Under the pieces are notes generated by a model, which was given only the letters and a program-made list of their open reading frames with translations, was not told the DNA's origin and ran no database searches. From Octopus vulgaris (Eukaryota), in contig OX597843.1 in assembly GCA_951406725.2 (NCBI GenBank), positions 5,518,001-5,582,000 of the forward strand: a stretch of 64,000 nt of DNA, read 5' to 3'. Positions within the stretch are counted from its first letter, which is position 1; every line of letters starts with the position of its first letter. Of this stretch, positions 12,845 through 27,628 are shown one piece after another. A program made the position numbers and the translations under genes.

Positions 12845-15800
12845 TACCTTGTTGTTAAGTAAAGCGTTGATGCCATCGGTCCACATGTCAAACTCTAGTT
12901 GGCTGCCAGCCAGGAAGTTCTGTGGAATTGTGGTCACTGGAATGACGGAGAAACACATCTCTGCTGCTATGTTCTGCAAATATAACAACAACATCAACAA
13001 CGTTGGTGTCATCATCATCATCATCATCATTACCACCACCACCACCACCACCGCCCCCAACCACCACCACCACCACCACCACCGCCACCATCACCACAAT
13101 CACCACCACCACCACCACCACCACCACAATCACCACCACCACCACCACCGCCACCACCACCACCACCACCACCACCACCAAAACCACCACCACCACCACC
13201 ACCACCACCACCACAATCACCACCACCAAAACCACCACCACCGCCATCACCACCACCACAAACCACCACCACCACAAACCACCACCACCACCACCACTGC
13301 CGCCACAACTTTAACGTGAAATAATTTCGTAAATATAAGTTTTTCTCAACAATGCTAAGAGTAAAAGATGTTTCATATGACACAATCTACCAGTGTCCGA
13401 AGTTTGAAAGTGTTTAGTTACAAAAAACTATTTTCTAAATCTGCTGGTCAAAAGGTTAAAGACCCCAAATTCTTCCTCTCAGAAATACAGAATTGTGTAA
13501 CACACTCACCTTTTTCCGATTCTCTTTGACGTGGGAGCAATCTTTGCCAACAACCAGAGACTTTATATCAACAACTGACACTGCAATACAAAGAAAATAC
13601 AGGGAAATGAATGAATGCCACCACACACCAAAATACAATAGCATTCTATTGTGGTAGAGGTAGACCCAGGAAGACATGGGATGAGGTGGTGAAGCATAGT
13701 GTTTGATGGTATCAAACTTGAAATCTTCAAAGCCACAGTCGAACCAATTCTACTCTATGGCTCAGAAACCTGGACGTTATCAAAGAAGCTTGAGAGGTGG
13801 TTGGATGGAACCTACACTCACCTCCTTATGAGAGCTCAAAATCTCTCATGGAAGCGCCATCCAACCAAAATGCAAATATATGGGAAACTACCACCTGTGT
13901 CATCTCTTGTGAAAGGTAGGAGAGTCCAGTTTGCTGGACATTGTTGTAGAGCTGAAAAGGAGGTAATTTCTACTCTTCTCCTCTGGAAGCCATCTACTCA
14001 CAATGCCAGAGTCGCACACTCTCCTACCCTGATGTAATCTCCAGGGATACAGGCATCCAGCAACAGGACCCCCGTAATGCCATGATGGACCGTGAAGTCT
14101 GGCGTAGTATGGTAAATTCCATTGTCTTGACCACGGTCGAACAATGATGATGATGATGATGTTTGAATGTTGGGCCCCATGGAAGGAATGACTAGTAACT
14201 GAGGGGTCTGGTAATGTGCTGTGTTTGAGAAGACCCATCAGGCCAAGTGATATCATAGTCATGGCCGATGCTGGTGTCACACAACTGGCACCATTGCTGC
14301 TGTCGTGTAATCGGCACCCATGCCGGTGTCACGTAGCTGGGACCTGTGCTAGTGGCACATAAAAAGTACCATTTCAGTGATGAGCCTTGTAGAGGCAATG
14401 TGATCGATGCCAGTGCCACGTAACTGGCACTTGTGCCAGTGGCATGTAAAAAGCACCCATTACACTATTGGAGTGCTTGGTGTTTGGAAGGGCATCCAGC
14501 TGTAGAAATCATGTGAAATCGGGCCACTCTTTACTCTTTTACTGGTTTCAGTCATGTGAATGCGGCCATGCTGGAGCAGCACCTTTAGTCGAGCAAATTG
14601 ACCCCAGGACTTATTCTTTGTAAGCCTAGTACTTATTGTATTGGTCTCTTTTTGCCGAACCGCTAGGTTATGGGGACGTAATCACACCAGCATCGGTTGT
14701 CAAGCGATGTTAGGTGGACAAACACAAACACGCAAGCACACACGCATATATATATATACATATATACGACGGGCTTCTGTCAGTTTCCATCTACCAAATC
14801 CACTCACAAAGATTTGGTCGGCCCGAGGCTATAGTAGAAGACACTTGCCCATGGTGCCGCACAGTTGGACTGAACCCAGAACCGTGTGGTTGGTATGCAA
14901 GCTACTTACCACACAATCACTCCTATGCCTAGTCATTTAACAATCACATTATCAAAATCTCAACGTGACAAGATAACACTTGATTAGTTTCCAACAATAT
15001 GAATTAATAAGTATCACATTTGACGCTATAATCTCAACACAAAAGGGTTAGAGTCATCTTGGATATCTACACCTATACATACACACAAACACATACAACA
15101 AGAAAGAATCAACAAGGACATACACTTATTGGGCAGTTGTTCCAAAGTAGGGGTCTCTTCGCTGTTCCAGTCTCCGTAGTGAAAGGTTTTTAGGTTAGGT
15201 GCAAGCTGCCACCAATGTTTCTCTGAAAAATACGATATTACAAGGGGATGAGTCAGAGAGTAATGCAATTTTTATTTGCTTTAATTTTTGATTTAGCTTT
15301 GTATACACGAGAGAGAGAGAGAGAGAGTCTAATAGAAATACAGGTAAAATATGTGAATCTGTGTGTATGTATGTATGTATGCATATATATATATATATGT
15401 ATGTAATGTGTTTGTATGTATGTATGTATGGCTATCAGTAACAATATAGGGTGAAATTAATTAATTTGGAATAATCATTAATTTCATCAAGTAGATTTCG
15501 GCATGTAAAAGCCTCATTCGAGGAAAGTTTAAGTAATACTAAGTAATTAAGGGTTTAGCAACGAATTGCCTCACCACACACCGTATTTAGAAATAGCAGT
15601 CAAAGAGTTATAGCTATTCTTTCTACTAAAAGGGGATCTCAGTAAATATATACATATATACATACATATGTATGTATGTATATATGTATGTGTGTATATA
15701 TGTATGTGTGTGTGTGTGTGAATGTGTTTATGTATGTTTATGTGTGAATATATGTGGCTTTATAACTATGTGTATTTGTACTGCTTTTTATGTGTATATG

Positions 15801-17111
15801 AAAGTAAGGAAGAGAGGAGGGAGAGCATGAGGGAGAGTGAAAAGAAGGTGAGTGTGAAAAAGGATGTTTGAGAGAGAGAAAGGAAGAGAGAATCTGAAGA
15901 TAAGTGAGTGTGATATAGTAAAAGAGAAAGGGAGAGATAAAGAGGGGTGGGGAAAATAGGTGAAAGTAATAAGGAGAGTGAGAGAGAAGGAATGAGATAG
16001 AAAGACAATGATAAAAGAGAGAGGGAGAGAGAGAGAGAAGTGGTGGTTGTAAAGATTTGGTTATTTATGGAAGGGAGCTAACTGCTATATCCAACCTCCA
16101 CACCTGCTGTGTGTATATGTGTGTGTGTGCCTGTGTCTGTGTGTATGTGTCTGTGTTTGACTGTCTGTGTGTATGTGTCTATGTACGTATTTGTAAATAT
16201 GTGAGGGCGCGTGGCTTAGTGGTTAGGGCATTCGGCTCATGATCGTAAGGTTGTGAGTTCGATTCCCGGCGACGCGTTGTGTCCTTGAGCAAGACACTTT
16301 ATTTCACGTTGCTCCAGTCCACTCAGCTGGCAAAAATGAGTTGTACTTGTATTTCAAAGGGTCAGCCTTGTCACTCTCTGTGTCACGCTGATTATCCCCG
16401 AGAACTACGTTAAGGGTACACGTGTCTGTGGAATGCTTAGCCATTTGCACGTTAATTTCACGAGCAAGCTGTTCCGTTGATCGTATCAGCTGGGACCCTC
16501 GTCGTCGTAACAGGCGGAGTCTTTTAAATTTGAAAATATATATATGTGTCTGTCTGAGCGTGCGTGTGTATGTGTGTATGTGTGTGTGTATGCGCGCGAA
16601 AGTCTTTGTACATTTGGAGACAATTGATCAAGATAAACATAGCTTGGTTCAACAATTAGTTTAATTAATGCAAACTTTGAAAATTGTTTTACTTCTGTTT
16701 TTTCCATGCTAGCATGGGTTATAGGGATGCCCCTTGAGTGAGTGAAAATATGATTGTGAAGGTGAGAGAGAGAGAGTGTGTAATTTTGGGGGAGGGGGTC
16801 TACTCAATTACATCGAAACCCCACCAGTATTATCAACCCTGAAAGGAGGAAAGGCAAAGTCAACCATAGCGGAATTTGAACTCAGAACGTAAAAATGTTC
16901 AAAAATAATAATAAGAATAATTCTGAAATTTTGGGGGAGAGGGATAGTCGATTACATTGACCCCTGTGCTTCACTGGTACTTAATTTATCGACCCCCAAA
17001 AGATAAAAGGCCAAGTTGAACTCGGCAGAATTTGAACTCAGAATGTAGCGACGGGCGTAATACCACTAAGCATTTTGTCCAGCATGCTAACGATTCTGCC
17101 AGCTCGCCACC

Positions 17112-17147
<36 letters not shown>

Positions 17148-20061
17148 GTGTCGGTGGCACGTAAAAAGCACCATCCGAATCGTGGCTGAAGCCAGTGCTG
17201 TCTCGACTGGCTTCCGTGCAGGTGGCACGTAAAATGCACCAATCCGACCGTGGCCGATGCCAGTCTAGCCTGGCACCAGTGCAGGTGGCACGTAAAAAGC
17301 ACCCACTACACTCACGGAGTGGTTGGCGTTAGGAAGGGCATCCAGCTGTAGAAACATTGCCAAATAAGACTGGAGCCTGGTGCAGCCTCCTGGCTTCCCA
17401 GATCCCCGGTCGAACCGTCCAACCTGTGCTAGCATGGAGAACGGACATTAAACGATGATGATAATGATGATGATGAATAGTAATAATAATAATAATAATA
17501 AAAATGGTAAAAATGGTAATAATAATAATAATAATAATGATTTCAAATTTTGGCACAAGGCCAGCAATTTTGGGAAAGGTGGGTATGTCAGTTGGTACTT
17601 ATTTTATCAACCCTAAAAGGATGAAAGGCAAAGTCGACCTTGGCAGTATTTGAACTCAGAACATAAAGATGGACAAAATGCTGCCTAGCATTTCACCCAG
17701 CGTGCTAAGGATTCTGCCAGTTTTCTGTCTGATAAGAACTCTGAGTGAGAGTCCATGGATCCTTCCCGATTCCACAGAGTCAGCCCCAGTCCTGGTTTTT
17801 ACCTTTCAATTTGCCTCCTTTTGTTGTAATTTTACAAAACAATGTTCCGGCCATCAGGTAATTCATCCTCTGTCGCTTGATCATCTCTCGTATATCTGGA
17901 GTGATTTGTTTACGGAGTTCACTGTGGAAAAACAAAACAAAACATTAAAATATATATATATATATATATTGCTGCAGCATGGCCACAGTTAAATCACAGA
18001 AAAATAAAAGAATATGGAGACCTATTGTGTCAAGTTCATCAACACCAACATCAACATCAAAATCAAGTGGAAATTGTAGTTGTGAACCCCCGTGCCGGTG
18101 GCACGTAAAAAGCACCATCCGAACATGGCTGATGCCAGTGCCACTTTGACTGGCATCTGTGTTGGTGGCACGTAAAAAGCACCATCTGATCATGGTTGAT
18201 GCCAGCTCCTCTGGCCCCTGTGCTGGTGGCACATAAAAAGCACTCACTACAATCTCAGAGTGATTGGCATTAGGAAGGGCATCCAGCTGTAGAAACACTG
18301 CCAGATAAGACTGGGGCCCGGTGCAGCCTCCTGGCTTCCCAAAGACCCAATCGAACCATCCAACCCATGCCAGCATGGAAAACGGATGTTAAACAATGAT
18401 GATGATGATGATATATATAGGGACAGATGATGACAATGATGTAGTTGTTGGTGGTGGTGGTCATGTTTGGGTTGTTAACACTAAATAAAGTTAAGATAGG
18501 TGCAGGTGTGGTTGTATGCTTCCCAACTACATGGTTCTGGGTTCAGTCCCACTGCATGGCACCTTGAGCAAGTTTCTTTTACCAACAGCCTTGGGCTAAC
18601 CAATCAGACACCATTATCTTACCCAGCATTCACGACAATACGTGAAGACAGACACCAAATCCGATTCAAAGACAGAAAGTTTGGTTTTTTTAAAATTTTC
18701 ACCGTGGCATGTAAAAAGCACCATCCGACCATAGCCGTTTGCAAGCCCTGTCTGGCACCTGTGCCAGTGTCACGTAAAAAGCACCCACTACACTCACGGA
18801 GTGGTTGGCGTTAGGAAGGGCATCCAGCCGTAGAAACTCTGCCAGATCAGACTGGGCCTGGTGCAGCCTTCTGGCTTCCCAGATCCCCGGTTGAACCGTC
18901 CAACCCATGCTAGCATGGAAAGCGGACGCTAAATGATGATAATGATGATGATGATGATGATCTTCGTCTCTCCCTGATTTTACACTTGATGTTACAGAAA
19001 TTTACAAATGAAACGGATAAGGGCCGCAGGGCCGCGAGAGAAGGCCCCAGTGAATGTACTTACACGATAGGTTCAGCCTGCGACTCCCAGGCTTCTTTGT
19101 TCTGTCGTTCCTTCTCCCAACTCTTCAGGATCTCAGCGTAGGTGAACTGCTTCAGTCTTTCTTTGAAGTCATCGAACGACATTGGTTTCATGCTCAGTCC
19201 CCTTGTAATCTGTTCACGCACAACACTCAACACCTACGGGGTTTAATTTAGGGGGATATTGGGGTAGAAAGGAATAAAAGTTAATTAGACTCAACAGAAA
19301 CTCATACAGAGTCTCATGCACAGACTCGCACATAGACTCATACAGACTCATCATGAACTCATACACAGACTCACATAAACTCGACAGACTCATAAACTCA
19401 ACATAGACTTACAGACTCAACACACACTTGCACATAAACTCAACAGTCTCATGCAGACTCATACACAAATTCAATACACTCATACATAAACTCAACACAC
19501 ACTTGCAAGCAAAATCAACACAGACTTGCACAAAGACTCAACGCTTAGAATCATACAGACTCAACATGAACTCATACACAGACTCAACAAAGACTCACAC
19601 AGACTCATAGATTCACACATAAACTCAATACAGACTTACACACAGATTCAATACACACTTGTACATAAAATCATCAGACTCACGCAGACTCATTCAACAC
19701 AGACTCATGCATAAACTCAGCACAGACTCAACACACACTTGCACACAGAATCAACAGAGAGAGAGACACACACATACACACACACAGAGAGACAAACCTT
19801 TGAAAAGTCTTCAGTGGTGGCTCTCATTTCTTTCCAAGATTTACTCCACAACTGGATACAGGAGCAGAAGAATTCCTCGAATGGTTTGTCATGGGTGAAG
19901 AACATTCTATAGTAAATATGGCTGTCTTCAGATGCTGGAAATGGGAAACATGAAAGTGGTGAGGTGGGTGGTGGAGATGCTGGTATGGTAGTGGTGGTGA
20001 TGATGGTGGCGGTAGTGCTGATGGTGGTGGTGGTGGTAGTGATGAAGGTGATAGACAGATA

Positions 20062-20098
<37 letters not shown>

Positions 20099-21423
20099 CA
20101 ATCAATATAAGGGTAACAAAAAATTCAAGAAAAATTTTCTGCAACCAGCGGTCAAGTGAGAAAATAGAGATAGTCACAGACTATATAATATATTCAACAA
20201 ATAATTAAGGAATGACCCTGAGAAGGTCATTCGACTCACTTGAAAAGAGCAGCTAAACTCAAAACCGCAAAAATAGTAGTAATTCTGAAACTAGAGGAGA
20301 AATAAAAACAGGGGATAAATGTTTTTATTTCTCCTCTAGTTTCAGAATTACTACTATTTTTGCGGTTTTGAGTTTAGCTGCTCTTTTCAAGTGAGTCAAA
20401 CGACCTTCTCATGGTCATTCCTTAATTATTTGTTGTATATATATATATATATATAATCAAAATAAGCAATAAAAATGACTCCGGTAATTTGGTACGATCG
20501 TTTCGTACTACATCATTTTATACCAAATTACCGGAGTCATTCTTGTTGCTTATTTTGATTATAATAACCCCACAGACTTTTATGGATAACACCATACAAA
20601 ATTCTGGTGCATCTAAATTAAGTACCATATTCATTTGAATCTAAATTTTTGATGAACTTATATATATATATATGTATATATAGGCGTAGGAGTGGCTGTG
20701 TGGTAAGTAGCTTGCTTATGAACCATATGGTTCCGGGTTCAGTCCCACTGCGTGGCACCTTGAGCAAGTGTCTGCTACTATAGCCTCGGGCCGACCAAAG
20801 CCTTGTGAGTGGATTTCATAGACGGAAACTGAAAGAAGCCCGTCGTATATATGTATATATATATATATATATGTATGTGTATGTGTTTGTGTGTCTGTGT
20901 TTGTCCCCCCATCAACATTGCTTGACAACTGACGCTGGTGTGTTTACGTCCCCGTAACTTAGCGATTCAGCAAAAGGAACCGATGGAATAAGTACTAGGC
21001 TTGCAAAGAATAAATCGATTTGCTTGACTAAAGGCGGTGCTAAAGGCCGCAGTCAAATGACTGAAACAAGTAAAAGATATATATATATATATATATTTAA
21101 CATTCACTATTAATATCCCTACTCTTTCTGTTAGCTACTTATGACGTTATATCATAAAACGTTTTTTTAAAACATTATTAATAGCGTTCTGTCTATCGCT
21201 ATACGAATCCATCATTTTTTGCTAAAATGTCGTATTGACAAGTTTCGTTTTTTCACTTTCCCGAAGAGAAGATTGCATTGTTTATACCTTTTATTCTTTT
21301 GAATAAGTATCAGTGGAATTTTGAAACATATGTAGAAAGAAAAAATACTTGTTTAAACCTGCGTTAACTCCATTTTTATTCCTATTATTGATATATATAT
21401 ATATATATATATATATAATGTAC

Positions 21424-21499
<76 letters not shown>

Positions 21500-24400
21500 G
21501 GGGAGAGTGAGAGAATATAGATAGACAGACAAATAGATAGACAGATAGAGAGAGAGAGAGAAATACATAGCTATAGAGAAAGGTAGAATTAGATAGATAT
21601 ACAGAGGGAGAGATGGAAGACTGTATTTCGTTTCAACTTACGTGGTTCTCCGATTTTAAGAATTTCGCAAAGAATCTTGGTCAAATAAATGCTGGTCTGT
21701 GTAAATGGACAATCATGCTCATCAGCACGGCAGCAGTTCTCCAACACCACCTGGAACAATATATACATACATATATATATACATATATTGATAGAAATGG
21801 TAAGACAACAAAAGAATGAAAGAGACCTCGATATTATGTAAATCGAGGAATTTATCTGTAAAATAATATGTGACAATTATTCGGTAACCAAGATAAAACT
21901 CTGAGTTTCGGATGCTGGGGTGGAAATCCACGCCACCATCTCTTCAGTTATCCGGCCATCGGACTTCCATGTTGTAAAATTTTTATGGATAACACCATAC
22001 AAAATTCTGGTGCATCTAAATTAAGTACCATATTCATTTCAATCTAAATTTTTGCTGAACTTATATATATATATGTACATATAGGCGTAGGAGTGGCTGT
22101 GTGGTAAGTAGCTTGCTTATGAACCATATGGTTCCGGGTTCAGTCCCACAGCGTGGCACCTTGGGCAAGTGTCTTCTACTATAGCCTCGGACCGACCAAA
22201 GCCTTGTGAGTGGATTTCATAGACGGAAACTGAAAGAAGCCCGTCGTATATATGTATATATATATATGTATGTGTATGTGTTTGTGTGTCTGTGTTTGTC
22301 CCCCCACCAACATTGCTTAATCAGGTCTGTAATTTTCTCCAAAAGTTTCTAAGAGTATAGTTCCCTGGATGGCATAGGTATCTTTTTCATAGAATAATCG
22401 ATGTAGTAGGCGTCCATATTGAATTCTTCTGTGAGGCAGAATCCCGCTGTACTCTTTCACCACAACTTTCTCTCACTCTTTTTTCCTACTTCTGCCCCAA
22501 AGCAGAGGAACCGTGGTGTAACCCACTACGGCGTGGTAAACTTTCAGACCCTAGTCTAGATTGCGACTCGTCTGTACCCCAGGATGGTTCAGCTCTCCAC
22601 CCGTTAAAAAAGCCACCATTTACGGAATGAGGATAACAACGTAGCTTTCACGCCCGTGCAACTGCCATTCTATCGGGTGTGGTGGGTGGATCTTCAAGTT
22701 GCCACACGCACTCTTAGCAGCTTAGAGTAGGCTCGAATCAGATTATTCTTTGTGGCTAATGGCGTGAGTCCTGATTGCAAGAAGACAGCAACAAGAACAA
22801 CAAGATGACCACCATCAACACCAACAAAAACATAGAAGAACGTGAAAAGTACATCATCAGTACCACAGCCACCATCATAAAAGCCAACCAAAGCAACGAC
22901 TATTTCTTTATTGCCCACAGGGGGCCAAACACAGAGGGGACGTGTGTGGTGGGTGGATCTTCAAGTTGCCGCATGCGTTCTTAGTAGCTTAGAGTAGGAT
23001 TGAATTAGAGGTTATTCTTTGTGGCTAATGGCGTGAGTCCTGATTGCAAGAAGACAGAAGAAGAAGAAGAAGAAGAAGAAGAAGAAGAAGAAGAAGAAGA
23101 AGAAGAAGAAGAAGAAGAAGAAGGAGAAGAAGCAGGGGAAGAAGAAGAAGGAGAAGAAGAAGAAGAAGAAGGAGAAGAAGAAGAAGAAGAAGAAGAAGAA
23201 GAAGAAGGAGAAGAAGCAGGGGAAGAAGAAGAAGAAGAAGAAGAAGGAGATGAAGAAGAATTGGAACAAGAAGAAGAAGAAGAAGAAGAAGAATTGGAAG
23301 AAGAAGAAAAAGAAGAAGAAGAATTGAAGAAGAAGAAGAAGGAGAATTGAAGAAGAAGAAGGAGAAGGAGGAGAAGAAGAAGAAGAAGAAGAAGAAGAAG
23401 AAGAAGAAGACAACAGCAACTCACCTTTATATAACTGTCTGAGTGATTCTTTGCAAAGTAGAGCATACAATCAAGGGCCAGAACACCGGGGGGTACTTCA
23501 TTGAAATCGTCCAGGGGACGGGCAAAGTTCTGAAAAAAACGAACAAAGCATCATGGGAAAAATTTAGACTTCAAAGTCAAGTCATGTGATATTTCATTTG
23601 AAGGGAATTTATAAAACTTTACTCTTTTTACTTGTTTCAGTCATTTGACTGCGGCCATGCTGGAGCACCGCCTTTAGTCGAGCAAATCGACCCCGGGACT
23701 TATTCTTTTTTGTAAGCCCAGTACTTATTCTATCTGTCTCTTTTTACCAAACCGCTAAGTGACGGGGACGTAAACACACCAGCATCGGTTGTCAAGCAAT
23801 GCTAGGGGAACAAACACAAACACACACACACACATACATATATATATACATATATACGACAGGCTTCTTTCAGTTTCCGTCTACCAAATCCACTCACAAG
23901 GCATTGGTCGGCCTGGGGCTATAGCAGAAGACACTTGCCCAAGATGCCACGCAGTGGGACTGAACCCGGAACCATGTGGTTGGTAAGCAAGCTACTTACC
24001 ACACAGCCACTCCTGCGCCTATATATATATATATATATATATACGACAGGCTTCTTTCAGTTTCCGTCTACCAAATCCACTCACAAGGCATTGGTCGGCC
24101 CGGGGCTCTAGCAGAAGACACTTGCCCAAGATGCCACGCAGTGGGACTGAACCCGGAACCATGTGGTTGGTTAGCAAGCTACTTACCACACAGCCACTCC
24201 TGCGCCTATGAATTATTAATTTGTTAATTATTTTTCAACAGCTAATTAGAAAAATCTCAATAAGAGATGAGAGCGTTGACCATACGAAGAATTGATATTC
24301 CTCACCATACCAATATGGTTGTTTGGTGTTAGTTTCGCTTTAATCCCAGACAGATCTTCTGCCAGTTGGTTACCAGTGCTGCGCTGGGGTCGATGTAATC

Positions 24401-27400
24401 AACTTAATCCTTTTGTCCTCTTTATATTTAGCCCCCGGTGAGCAATAAAGAAATAAATATATGAGTGGCTGTGTGGTAAGTAGCTTGCTTACCAACCACA
24501 TGGTTCCGGGTTCTGTCCCACTGCATGGCATCTTGGGCAAATGTCTTCTGCTATAGCCCCTGGCCGACCAATGCCTTGTGAGCGGATTTGGTAGACGGAA
24601 ACTGAAAGAAGCCTGTCATATATATATATATATATATATATGTGTGTCCGTGTATGTTTGTGTGTCTGTGTTTGTCCCCCTAGCATTGCTTGACAACCGA
24701 TGCTGGTGTGTTTACGTCCCCGTCACTTAGCGGTTCTGCAAAAGAGACTGATAGAATAAGTACTGGGCTTACAAAGAATAAGTCCTGGGGATCGATTTGC
24801 TCGACTAAAGGCGGTGCTCCAGCATGGCCGCAGTCAAATGACTGAAACAAGTAAAAGAGTAAAGAGTATACCAATATGGTTGTTTGGTGTTAGTTTTGTT
24901 TTAATCCCAGACAGATCTTCTGCCAGCTGGCTACCAGTGATGCGCTGGGGTCGATGTAATCAACTTAATCCCTTTGTCCTCTTTATATTTAGCCCCCGGT
25001 GAGCAATAAAGAAAGAAATATATACAGGGTGCAGGTTCCGCTGGTAACCAGCTGGCAGAGGATCTGCCTAGGGTTAAAACGGTTGTTGTTGTTGTTGTTG
25101 GCATCCTTTTGTCTTGGGAGACAATGGAGTTGTGCAGAAACTAATCCCATCATCATCATCATCATCATCATCATCATAGTTTAACATCTGCTTTCCATGC
25201 TGGCATGGGTTGGACGATTTTGACTGAAGACTGGTGAACCAGATGGCTGCATCAGGCTTCAATCTTGATCTGGCAGAGTTTCTACAGCTGGATGCCCTTC
25301 CTAACGCCAACCACTCCGAGAGTGTAGTGGGTGCTTTTTACGTGCCACCGGTACGGGGGCCAGTCAGTCGGTACTGGCAACGGCCACGCTCGAAATGGTG
25401 TTTTTTAAGTGCCACATGCCCATAATGACCAACATTACCATGACGACAACAGCAACAACACTGTCACCACCACCACCACCACCACTCTCATCCATCATCC
25501 CCCACCCCCCACCATCAGCACTTCCACTTCCACCTCCACAACCACCAACCATCACCCCTCCCTATCACCAACGATGACAACCACAAGGTATCGGGGTACT
25601 GACCGTAAAGCCCAGTTTCTTGGCGTCTTTGACTGCGTCCTTAGCGAAGTCCCTGCTGACGGTCATTGTTTTGCGGGAGGCCACGTCCCCTTCAAAGTCG
25701 AAGGCGATCTTCCGCAGCTCAATGATGTCTTTGATGTTCTGCAACAGACAAGATAAAGGGCCACATTAGTACAGCAGGGTACATTGTTAGATTAGGGTAC
25801 ATTGGTATGGCAGGGTACAGCTGGGTATATTGGTATGTCAGGGTACAAATGGGTACATTGTTAGATTAGGGTACACTGGTATGTCAGGTACAGCTGGGTA
25901 CATTGGTATGTCAAGGCACAGCTGGGTTCATTAATATGTCAGGGTACAACTGGGTACATTGATATGTCAGGGTACAACTGGGTACATTGTTATGTCAGGG
26001 TACAGCTGTGTACATTGGTATGTCAGGGTACAAATGGGTACATTGTTAGATTAGGGTACACTGGTATGTCAGGTACAGCTGGGTACATTGGTATGTCAAG
26101 GCACAGCTGGGTTCATTAATATGTCAGGGTACAACTGGGTACATTGATATGTCAGGGTACAACTGGGTACATTGTTATGTCAGGGTACAGCTGTGTACAT
26201 TGGTATGTCAGGGTACAAATGGGTACATTGTTAGATTAGGGTACACTGGTATGTCAGGTACAGCTGGTTACATTGGTATGTCAAGGGTACAGCTGGGTAC
26301 ATTGATATGTCAGGGTACAACTGGGTACATTGTTATATCAGGGTACAACTGGGTACATTGTTATGTCAGGGTACAGCTGGATACATTGTTATATCAGGGT
26401 ACAACTGGGTACATTGTTATGTTAGGGTACAACTGGGTACATTGTTATGTCAGGGTACAACTGGGTACATTGTTATGTCAGGGTACAGCTGTGTACATTG
26501 GTATGTCAGGGTACAAATGGGTACATTGTTAGATTAGGGTACACTGGTATGTCAGGTACAGCTGGTTACATTGGTATGTCAAGGGTACAGCTGGGTTCAT
26601 TAATATGTCAGGGTACAACTGGGTACATTGTTATATCAGGGTACAACTGGGTACATTGTTATGTCAGGGTACAGCTGGATACATTGTTATATCAGGGTAC
26701 AACTGGGTACACTGTTATGTTAGGGTACAACTGGGTACATTGTTATGTCAGGGTACAACTGGGTACATTGTTATGTCAGGGTACAACTGGGTACATTGTT
26801 ATGTCAGGGTACAGCTGGGTACATTGGTATGTCAAGGCACAGCTGGGTTCATTAATATGTCAGGATACAGCTGGGTACATTGGTATGTCAGGGTACAGCT
26901 GGGTTCATTAATATGTCAAGGTACAGCTGGGTACATTGGTATGTCAGGGTACAGCTGGGTACATTGGTATGTCATGGCACAGCTGGGTACATTGATATGT
27001 CAGGGTACAACTGGGTACATTGTTAGATTAGGGTACATTGTTATGTCAGGGTACAACTGGTTACATTGTTATGTCAGGGTACAGCTAGGCATAATGTTAT
27101 GTCGGGGTACAGCTGAGTACATTGGTATGTCAGGGTACAGCTGGGTACATTGTTAGATTAGGCATTTTATCTACTAGCTCACTGACTTAGTATCATGAAA
27201 TAATAGTAATGAGTACATATTAAAGTACATCAAGGGTTGCAAGTTACACAGGATAATAAAGAATACTGTTGGGGAGTACCAAGTGGAAAACAGGGTACAG
27301 TAGAAGCGTATTACAAGAGATAATTGTAGCAAGTACATATTAGAGTACATCTGGGGTGTAGTATGTTACATGGTATGATAATAAAGAGTAGAGTACTCAC

Positions 27401-27592
27401 TTCGGAAGGATCCGGAAGTGATTTCATCCGTTCTTCGTTAAGGTTCAACATAAGGGTCTGGAGAACGTTGAGTTGATGTGCCATGTCGTTGTTGATTACT
27501 TTTGAACCCATAATGACATGCTGGAATAGAAATCGTGATTTACTGCAACTGAGTGAGAGAGAGAGAGAAGGAGTGAGAGAGAGAGAGAGAGA

Positions 27593-27628
<36 letters not shown>

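Noticed and set aside
12756-13383. Poly-His/Thr/Gly ORFs
   Set aside because: (CAC)n microsatellite in an ELMO intron.
16203-16275. tRNA gene
   Set aside because: tRNA-like head continues into a SINE body; no complete cloverleaf or terminator.
20140-20260. Possible hairpin ribozyme (G-GUC site facing GAA)
   Set aside because: Helix 2 and loop B consensus cannot be formed; kept only as an unknown fold.
26149-27156. Long ORFs in the 28-bp minisatellite
   Set aside because: Artefact of a stop-poor tandem repeat inside an ELMO intron.
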